The notes below the pieces were generated by a model. The model was not told the origin of the DNA, searched no databases, and worked only from the letters and a program-made list of their open reading frames with translations. A stretch of 64,000 nt of DNA from Calcarisporiella thermophila CBS 279.70. Its lineage: Eukaryota; Fungi; Calcarisporiellomycota. This document shows, piece after piece, positions 52,394 through 64,000 of this stretch (positions are counted from its first letter, which is position 1; each line of letters opens with the position of its first letter). Made by a program: the position numbers and the translations under genes. The stretch spans positions 782,403-846,402 of the forward strand of contig NW_027192195.1 in NCBI RefSeq assembly GCF_041956535.1, written 5' to 3'.

Positions 52394-54671
52394 ATGATGA
52401 CAATTGATAATGAAAGTGTTGAATATAACTCACCAGATATCGGGGCGAAAAGGATAGAAAAATTATCACCTGAGAAGGCTTCAATGGAACTGCCGCCTAT
52501 CGAGAACTCTTTGGATAAAATCAAAGGAATGAAAGGAAACCAGGAGCAATCAACTCGAATTTCCACATCTGGAACCGAAAAGCCCATTATATATACCCGT
52601 GGATTAATTAGCACAGATGCGACTTTTGAGAGAGTGATATCAGCTGGTGAAAACACACAGGGTAAAGGAACAGGATCTTTGTTAAATGAAGATTGTAAAC
52701 AAAACCACATTGCACAAGATTTGCCAACTGACTATAATCAAGACAATGTTGGCAACATAAAAAATGCGGGAGATGAAGAATGGCGGCGAGTCACAAGCTT
52801 GCACGAAGTCAGCCTACATGATGATGCACCCAATCCATTTTCACTTACTATCGAATGTCCAGTGGATACTGCTGATACTTCTTCAATATCTTCATTTCCT
52901 TTCCATGCACCACTCACCCCAACCTCACCTATTTGCGCTTCGCCAATATCAGAATTCCCGCCCAAGTTACAACGCTCCAACTCCTTCATCGAGGGTCTGC
53001 GCTCCACATTTTCGTTTCGTAGAGCCAGCACTTTCGGAAATGTTGATATGATGCTGGCGAGAATCGAAGTACAAACAATAGAGTTGGAGAAGGATCCGAG
53101 AGGAAAAGAAATTTGTATGAAGCTGCAGGAAGGAATACAAGCGAATTTCGATAGGGTCAGGACTGAAGCTGTTCTTGAAGGTATTCAGGACGAGGTTGAT
53201 TGGGGTAACTGAACTAGGCACTTCTCTCGCAATCATAATTAAATGTTCATTTATTATTGTAATCTTAGATTTCTGGGGACAGCTCATTTCAGATTTTGAC
53301 AATGTTATCAAGACTCAACCCAAGAAAGTGACTGAAGTTGTACGACTCGGTATTCCGCCTTCTATACGTGGTATGATCTGGCAACTCTTTTCGAAATCGA
53401 AAGATCCGGAACTCGAAACGACTTACGCGGAGCTTATTAAGCAACAAAGTCCATACGATAAAATGATTGAGCGTGATATTAGCCGCACATTTCCTGATCA
53501 CGAATATTTCAAGTTGAAAGATGGTCCTGGACAAGTTGGATTATTTAATGTTTTAAGAGCATATTCTTTATATGACGAGGAGATAGGATATTGTCAAGGA
53601 TTAGCATTTGTAGTTGGGCCATTATTATTAAATGTGAGGATAATGACATTTCTGCTATAAGAAATTAAACTCATAATTGCTTTTAGATGCCAGAAGAAGA
53701 GACTTTTTGCCTCTTAATCCGGCTAGTATCTCACTACGGACTTCGCGACCTTTTCACACCTGATATGGCAGGCCTGAACCTTCGCCTATTTCAATTTGAT
53801 CGCCTCCTCGAAGACCATCTTCCGCATGTGTTTCGCCATCTGATGCGTAAAAATGTCCGCTCAACGATGTTTGCTGCACAATGGTTTATGACCCTATTTG
53901 CATATAAATTTCCGATGGACCTTGTGCTCCGTATCTTTGATGTTATTATGGTAGAAGGAGTTGATGCAGTGTTCAGGTTCGCAATTGCGTTGATGAAGAG
54001 AGGAGAACGAGATATACTTGGGTTGGAGTTTGAGCAGTTGGTAGAATTTTTGAAGATAGGGTTATTTGAATTTTATCCAGTAAGTCAGAATTATATTCAA
54101 GCTTGTATTTACTTTTTCTTAAGACTCCAAATATTAGAATGCCAATGAACTTGTTTCGGATGCATACAATATTTCCATTACCACCAAACAACTAAAGCGC
54201 CTTGCGAAAGCGTATACCGTTGAGCTTAAAAAGGCAGCTCAAGAACATCAGCAGCTCTTCGTATTAAAGCAAGCGAATTCACAACTTGCAGCTCATATTA
54301 AGAGACTCGAGGCAAGCCTGGATGCGCTCAACTCAGAACATTGTACATTGACAAATGAGCTTATCACCACGAAAATGCAGCTTGCTCATACACAGGAAGA
54401 AAATGAGTCTTTAGATGCCCGATGTGAGGAATTAAAATTGAGGATAGAAGAGATACCCCACGAAATTGAAGAGAGGTTTAAAACTGAGATGGATTCTTTA
54501 GCAAAGAAGAACGTAGAACTTGTACAGCGAAATACGACTTTAGAGGATCAATTAAATCAAACCGAGGTTCAACTGATCGATACACGAGTCAAGCATGCAC
54601 AGTTAGAGAGTGAGAGAGAGAGTTTGAAATGGACTCTAAATGAGTTAAGAAAGACTCTGGGAAACGTATAA
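52394..54671 (+). CDS. Rab-GAP TBC-domain protein with C-terminal coiled coil (Gyp5/EVI5-like)
   Basis: GIPPSIRGMIWQ, IERDISRTFP, LFNVLRAYSLYDEEIGYCQG and STMFAAQWFMTLFAYKFP. The exact 5' start is uncertain. Confidence 0.92.
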
Positions 54672-54824
54672 AAATTAAGCTACATCTATTTTAATGCTCA
54701 ATCCATTTATTGTGTCGAAGATGTTTTTTTTTCTTTTTTTCAGCATTTCGTATTATATATTTTTTTATTTCTAATATGTTTTGGAACAATCCTTCTCTAC
54801 TCTCTATTATAATCCCAATGAAAA

Positions 54825-55430
54825 TTATTGTCCAAAAATTCGACTATATTCGGGGGGAATTTTGAATACGCGACATTTATCCTTAAAAACTTTCAAGCTT
54901 CGACCGCGAATTATACTTTCAACTTCCACTTCATTTGCTACCCACCTACGCTATTAACTCATGTAGATCATGTCAATTAGTCACAATTAATTCCTAATCG
55001 AATATAGATGTATACCTTAGTTTCCTCTGCATATACTGCATCCTTAATATCGTAATCATCTGGATCTTCAGCCAATATTTTATTTTTTCTATCAAGCTCT
55101 GCATCCATTATCTATATAATTGGATTTCATTACTTTAGTTTGAGTAAAATACTAAAGAGCTTATAAGAACCTTCAAGCATTTATTAATGGCGTCTTCTCT
55201 TGTTCGATAGGCATTCATGAGCTGCTGGAAAAACTCTGCGCAGGCTTGTTCACTGTGTGTGTCGGTTGTATTCATGCGAAGCATAATATTATCGTCGGGC
55301 TTACGAAGCTCTTTCATTATTTCTATACAATATAACTATTAACATAAAATATAATGTATTGTATATAACCTTGATATATACCCTTAAAATAAGAGAGATT
55401 ATAACATGTACTCATCTCTATTTCAGGCAT
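54825..55430 (-). CDS. MIX23: Mitochondrial intermembrane space protein Mix23 (CCDC58/Cid2 family), 4 exons
   Basis: MPEIEMSTCYNLSYFK-EIMKELRKPDDNIMLRMN...CAEFFQQL...REDAINKC...RRWVANEMEVESIIRGRSLKVFKDKC. Confidence 0.88.
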
Positions 55431-55907
55431 CGTGGGTGGGAATTTAAATATGTATATATATGTGTGTGTAAATAGTATGATGGCAAGGCGCGTTTCAATG
55501 AGAAAGAAAATGTGACTGTTTATGTTTTGAACTAAAGGTTAAAATCTGAAACTATTTCTTATAGTATTATATGTGGCTGCGTTCAATTATACTTTCGGTA
55601 TAGATGCCCAATTTCAAATGGCAATAAATCCTCTTCCAAAATTCAAGGTTGATTTGGCAGTTGTCATGATCATCTTGATATTAAGCCCAAATGTTTAAAC
55701 AGTGTGTGATTTTAATTTTTGTTTTTCATAAAAAGAACGCATATAATATCAGAACACTTAAAATTAAATATTTCTTAATAGGAATAAATCATTAAGCTAC
55801 AAGATTTTAGGCCTGCTATTTTTTTTTTACTGCATTATTCATATTTTAAATGATATTATAAATATAAAACATAATTTAAGCTCCAACCTATATTCATTCT
55901 CTTGCTT

Positions 55908-58465
55908 CTACCAGCTACGGAACACGATATTGCGACATTCACTCGTAGTATCAACGATAAAGTCTTGCTTTGCTGTAAGTAGTTTTTTAGGATCGATACG
56001 AACTTCAGGCTGAATCAATTCGAGTTTTACTTCCCACTTTTGTTTTGTATTAGAAGGCAAGTCACGTAATTCGAAGCTAAATTTGTTATCCAAGTCAGGT
56101 TGAAGCTGGCCTTCTTTATACCATTTCACCAAGTATTTTTCTCCTACAATGCGCTGATCTTTTGGACGAAATTGGGCGAGAGGAATAGCCTTAAGTTCAA
56201 CACTGTAACCGCGCCCGTTTTCCTGGAAATTTTTGGTATTATCGTCATGTTGATGTTGTAGGAAAGGTGTACCAAACTTGGTTTTGTTTGTACATGAAAC
56301 ATTAACCTCATCGATTAGCGAAATTTTTTTCAAAAATTGATGCCAAAGACATTCCTGGCAGACCGGACACCTAATAATAAATACGATATTTGAGCTATGA
56401 GTGAATATTAGCTTCAAGTATAAAGAATACAAATGAGTTCTCGTCATGTTTCGCATAAGGCACTGTTACATATTAGAGAGTTATTTGAAAAAGGCTTAAT
56501 AATTGAGTAGAAAGTTATTGCTTACCCCTAAAGAAAAAATAATTAATCAATACCATATCACTTCATGATATAAGAGAAATAGTACCTTCATTCGTTGGTC
56601 TATATGTCTTTCGTGTCTGTGATTCGGCGATGGTGGGATAGGCCGATATCTATGTTTTGAAGTTAATCAGTCCTCCTACCATAAATAAGATATCTAAAAA
56701 TACAGCATACATGCGAGGAGTCTAATACGAATTCATCTTCGCCCGCGTATTCCTGAACTGTGACACTACACAATTGGCGGATAGGGGAACTTGGACCATT
56801 TTTAGGAAACCCTTGGCGGAATTCGAGCGTGTGCATCCCAGCCTTGAAGCCCCCATTGTTTCCTGTGCTAGAATATTCGAAGAAGTGTCGGTCCAGATCT
56901 CCTGTTGATTTCCATGGAATCGCCTTTCCATCTAATAAGATCTAATTTTAAAATTTATTAACCAATAAATTTATCAGTAGAGAAATTGTGATCAATATAC
57001 TTTGAGGGATCCTTCACTTTCCACCCCAGAGGCTGAAATTCGAATCATCCAACGTGGAAAACGGCCAGTTGTATTGAATTTCACTTTGTATGGACCTTGT
57101 GCCAGGTCATACCAGGCATAATCAGCTGCTGCTAGGTTGCTTTTCTCTTCCCGCACAGGACCAGTAAGCCAATGCTTCCATGGAATATCTCTGAGCGATT
57201 TTGCATTATTACATCCAGAATAAACAGAACCATTATCGTATTCCTCTGGAAAAATGTGTTATAAAAAGGAATAAATATAATCTATTAAATTGACACTTAC
57301 CGCCGACTTCCAGAAAACTATGCCTGGTTTTATTTACAATTAGAATTAGCCATATTAGTTATTGGTTTATAATCGTAGTTAACACACCCCATTTCGTGTC
57401 TAATGACAATTGTTCCCGAAGTCTCAGATGAAGTACTAATAATAAATTCGCCACCAAGCCCTCCGTAATATGGGTCGTTTCCTATGAGAGAAGGAAAATC
57501 ACAGGAAGACTGTCCGATAGAATCACATGCTGCGTGGGCCTCTCTCCTTTTAGAAGCGTAAATCCCTCGTAGTTCTGATCCCTCACGGTAGAGACCGAAA
57601 GCAGTATCCTTTGGTTTTCCTTTAGAACCAATTCCGCTTTCTTTGGAAGGTCGGAAAAGTGCCCAGAGATTAAATAATGGTCTAACAGATGTAAACGTTC
57701 CAATCAGAAACATATCATTGGCGAGACGTTGGATGTCTTTGAAGAATTTATCGCGCTCTTGTTGTTGATATCCATCGCCCATAAAAACGACATCAATACG
57801 GTTCTGTAGCTCAATACTTAAGTGAAGCTTTTTTTTTTCAATCATGGAAAAGAGGTTACCTTAGAGTCACCATTATCGAGAATTTTTCTCTAATGATTAT
57901 TACATTACGCTGTAAGTATTAAAATTCATTTCAATATTCCGAATTAATTCTTACCACTTCATCCGCCGTACCTACATCTGTCTTATCTAAATTATTTCCT
58001 TTAATTGCGAGAGTGCTAGCTAACTGCCGAGCTCCAAATAGACTTTTATCTTTTTTCCAGCCATTGACCCTAGAGCAGATACGACTAAGTGCTTCGTTGA
58101 CATTTTTTTGGTTATAACCATAGATTGTTATGAGCTCATCCCTATTGTGAGAGTCTCCAAATTGGCTAAACTCCTCTGAATTCAAGTTCTTGTGCCGTTG
58201 AATCAAGTTAGCTCCATTTCCTACTAATCCACGATGTAATTGCGAATACTCAGAACTTAAGATTTCACATTCTTTAGTGCTCGGATTGAAATACGCTTTA
58301 ACTCGCAAAATATCTATCCCAGTACGGGCTATCGTCGTTGAAGCGGTTATACTAAGCATACAATACTTAGAAATTACACAGACCTATTTTATTAGTAGAT
58401 ATTTACCCAAGAATAATTTGGTAAACCGATATTGCAAACAAAAGAAATTTGTTTAGATACCACAT
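55908..58465 (-). CDS. Secreted M64 (IgA peptidase-like) zinc metallopeptidase, multi-exon, includes a 2-nt exon
   Basis: Signal peptide MWYLNKFLLFAISVYQIILG, NRIDVVFMGDGY, GNDPYYGGLGG, spliced IRHEMG|HSFLEVG|EEYD (HExxH), YRPTNEG|CLMRNM and CPVCQE. Confidence 0.9.
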
Positions 58466-60337
58466 TGTGTTTTGAGCATAAAGGACTATGAATAGGTTAT
58501 CTAGAGACTCTTGATTATAATGTGGAGAGATCAAGTCTCTTTGTAATATATAAGTGAAATCTCAGCTTCAGGTCATGCCTCTATCATAATTGCGCTAGTC
58601 ATAAGATACTTTCGTAATCCTCTAGTAATATAACTTCCACGGGACACAAGGTGTTAAAATCACACGCAAAAAATTTGTACAAGAAAGTGCTAACCTTACA
58701 AAGTTAATTGTATGTTACACGCGATCGTCGATTAATTCTCCTAAAATAAATAACAGATGAGATGATCTTAGCTTTTCTCAAGCTATTCTAAGCAAATTGA
58801 GGAGACCATGGTTCAACGAATACTTATACTTATCATACCGTTAATACCAGAATATTCCAAGAGGACACAAAAATCATAATCTATTAGGTAATATATCTAT
58901 ATCGTAATACATCTGGTCAGCACAAAAAATGAAACTATATCATTTGGAAGCACGAAATCAGCTGCATCATTCGTTTAGTAAACTCAAAATTCTATATTTC
59001 TTTGCTTTTTACGAGGATCTTAGAGACACTAAGCTAATTATTGACCTCGAATAATTTGAATGTAATTCTGGCAAGGTAGGGTAGAATTGTACGTACAAAT
59101 AAACCATCCAGTTAAAATCCCTTGGTATAGTTTGATATAGTTTTTTCTATTTGAAATAGATATGGTAACCTTGGGCACATCGTGCATCACGGATACTTGA
59201 CATACTAAAGACATGACACTTTTTAATTTTTAGCGTTTTTATCATTATAACTACTAATTGTCTAATCAGTGAAATATCATTTGTGCACTTATCTAAATGT
59301 CAATTCCTTATACTTCGCTAGAGTTGATTAAGTCTGATTATAATTTTGATAACTTAAAAACCAAAATTTCAAAATTTTGAAAAAATCAATAAAATAAAAG
59401 TTTTTAAAAATTTTCAATTTTATCGAAAATTTCTAAATTTCATAGAATTTTTATAATTTGCGCCAATAATATTTTTATAAAACAAAAATATTGAAAATGT
59501 TTATTATGTTCAAAAATTGTAATTCTCTTAACTGGTTCTTACATTGTCAAGTATAATAAAACTTGTTTGGGGATAATAAAGGCATTGTAAATTGTATGGC
59601 GATAATGTGAATCTAGTATTTTTGTATGAGCTATAATCTTTTGCAGTAGATTATAGAATTTTTTAATAGATGGCTACTTTTGTATCAGATGATGATTCCT
59701 TGGGTGAAATAGCCCTTAGTATTATATTTCCTTGGAGATTTACAAAAAAGTTGATTTACAAATATATAGTGTATAATTAAGCGTATATTTGTTCAATTGT
59801 ACACTCGTCCACTTTTATTATGATTCTCATGTTTACTCAATGAAACTATGTTAAAATATTTAAATACATGGATTGACAAAAATCCCAATGACTCATTATT
59901 TACAACAAGTATTATCTAATCTTCGATGTATCTCGATTTTGGCAATGAAGTTAATTGAGATTTTTATACGACTCAGAATGCAAAAAGGTTTGAGATAAAT
60001 ATTTTATTGGCATTGAAAAAAAAAAAATCATAAATCCGTAGGTCTTGTTAAATAATTCCCTTTATCCGAAGTTGCCTAAAAAAAATTGACATCCTGCGCA
60101 GTGACCCCGCCTGTTAATAAAAATAAACCAAAGTTTTCCATCATGAATAAGAAGCAAGTAGTAGTAGTGGCAATCATATGGCAATAATATCATTTTTCTA
60201 TCGTGTTGAAATATCGTCGTTATTTAAAATTTGTATTAAAAGATAACTCTAAGGCACAGGTAGGAATCAACAAATATAAAAAGAAGATATATAAGAAGAA
60301 AGAGCGAAAAATATCTTAGAAAATAAAAGGTTATAAA

Positions 60338-62286
<1,949 letters not shown>

Positions 62287-62733
62287 TATTGTGAGGGTAT
62301 GGATCTCAAAGGTTATCAAGATACCTTAGAATACAAGATATAAAATAGCTGCGCCACTCAACTTGAAATTGCCTAGATTTATTATTAGCATGTGCTATTT
62401 CTTGGGTGCCAATAATGCCTTAAGCATACTTTTGGTAGTTTTAACATTTTTTAGAATCCTTTATATTGTAATGGGGTCTATTGAAGTTATGTTTATTTCA
62501 GCGAATATATCTTATAGCATTCCTTCGTTTGACTTATAATCGTATAGTTCATGCTATTTACGACTGTTTTGGAATATCATTTTTACCCAGGATACCTCTG
62601 AACAGCAAATCTTAGTCTCAACTCTGGTTTGAGAACCGTACCCAGCTCTCTCTGCTGAATATCAAATTAATTTAATTTATCTCTTTTTTCTTTCTTTCTT
62701 TCTTTCATGTACATAAACACGCAAAATTCCTCC

Positions 62734-63268
62734 CCTACAAAAACCCGCCTGGTGAAAACTGCTAGAAAACGTATAGGAGCACGTAGAAAAGTAGGTAAAA
62801 AGTTTGTAAAAGTTTAGGGAATCGCAAACCTCCTCCATCTTTTCTACNNNNNNNNNNNNNNNNNNNNNNNNNNNNNNNNNNNNNNNNNNNNNNNNNNNNN
62901 NNNNNNNNNNNNNNNNNNNNNNNNNNNNNNNNNNNNNNNNNNNNNNNNNNNNNNNNNNNNNNNNNNNNNNNNNNNNNNNNNNNNNNNNNNNNNNNNNNNN
63001 NNNNNNNNNNNNNNNNNNNNNNNNNNNNNNNNNNNNNNNNNNNNNNNNNNNNNNNNNNNNNNNNNNNNNNNNNNNNNNNNNNNNNNNNNNNNNNNNNNNN
63101 NNNNNNNNNNNNNNNNNNNNNNNNNNNNNNNNNNNNNNNNNNNNNNNNNNNNNNNNNNNNNNNNNNNNNNNNNNNNNNNNNNNNNNNNNNNNTCGACCTA
63201 ACCTCCTCCATCTTTCTACGTGCTCCTATACGTTTCTAGCAGTTTTCACCAGGCGGGTTTTTTGTAGG
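62734..63268. repeat. Inverted repeat of about 58 bp flanking the assembly gap, plus a direct repeat of about 20 bp at the gap edges
   Basis: CCTACAAAAACCCGCCTGGTGAAAACTGCTAGAAAACGTATAGGAGCACGTAGAAAAG (62734-62791) is the reverse complement of 63212-63268 apart from homopolymer indels. AACCTCCTCCATCTT(T)TTCTAC occurs at 62827-62847 and 63200-63219. Confidence 0.85.
62848..63192. other. Assembly gap (N run)
   Basis: Run of Ns. Confidence 1.
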
Positions 63269-64000
63269 CGCTCTATGTTTTTTTTTTCCTTCTTCCAACT
63301 TCCAGTTCCTTCAAGGAAGCCCAGGAGCATTTCCTGAGTGATTTTGAAGTAGATCCTATCCTACCTTATTAACAGGATAGATTACTTTTCAATAAAGGAC
63401 CTTCGTAAAAAAAGTCTAGGAATATTACCTAATATTTCCCTAATATATCGCCATTTATAACTAGGTAATAACTTAGAAAAAAAGCAATAACTAAGGATGC
63501 GATGTCTTGTCAAACGGCTCAATAGTTAAGCGATTTTATTGCTTATACTCGATACGAAATATTGTAGTGCCAAAAAAAAACTAAAGGATAGTGGAAATGC
63601 ATGTTGTTTCATAAACACGGAGCGTTTATCATCATAATCCTTTCGAGTGACCTAACTCAAATGTGCGGAGCGATTAGGGCAAATAGGAATAATTCTAATA
63701 TCGGAGCTAGAATCAACCCCATCTATATTACTGTTTTTCATATGAACATTTTACATAGCTAGTAGATGAGTCTGGCAATTCAGAGGCGATATTACCGAGT
63801 AGCATGTTGGGAGTTAAATAGTTGTAACTTCCATTGAATGGATAGGGCAATTGGTATATATTGAGTAACTTGCAGTATAGCATTTTTTTTTTTTTCAAAG
63901 AAACGTCTTTTGAATTAAAGGCCAGATGTTGGGGTAGTTTTCTGAATTTCCTTGGCTGCCAAATGCATCAATCGGCTCAAGCAATTTACTAAGTCATGCT

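Noticed and set aside
59340-59530. AT-rich quasi-palindromic AAAATTTT tracts suggesting a transposon remnant
   Set aside because: No defined termini, TSD or coding remnant. Low complexity explains it.
62762-63211. 149-aa ORF across the gap
   Set aside because: Artefact of translating Ns.

Overview
This is eukaryotic, intron-rich fungal DNA. Short GT-AG introns, CTRAY-type branch points and the gene set suggest an early-diverging fungus such as Mucoromycota, but the taxon is an inference. About 23 compactly packed protein-coding genes can be reconstructed by hand-splicing: an atypical hexokinase, an UNC-93/MFS transporter, COX10, a bacterial-type ceramidase-N-domain protein, CSN8, RAM2, PNO1, CENP-Q, a small secreted protein, STE12, PAN2, the PP2A A subunit, GID4/VID24, a dual-specificity phosphatase, a LIM/C1 RhoGAP, a HemK methyltransferase, RIF1, PDI, an RS/K-rich protein, a TBC RabGAP, MIX23, an M64 peptidase and VPS4. 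An assembly gap near the right end is flanked by an inverted repeat. The most striking element is invisible in the ORF track. At 1-737 (- strand) a secreted-protein gene has a signal-peptide exon followed by at least six consecutive 3-nt microexons spaced about 90 bp apart. They splice to V-L-E-E-R-A-P, and every skipping combination stays in frame and stop-free. A 2-nt microexon in the M64 peptidase and an intron-split ATG in the transporter suggest extreme exon miniaturisation is a property of this genome. No rRNA, tRNA or CRISPR array was seen. Exon boundaries are manual predictions without transcript evidence.
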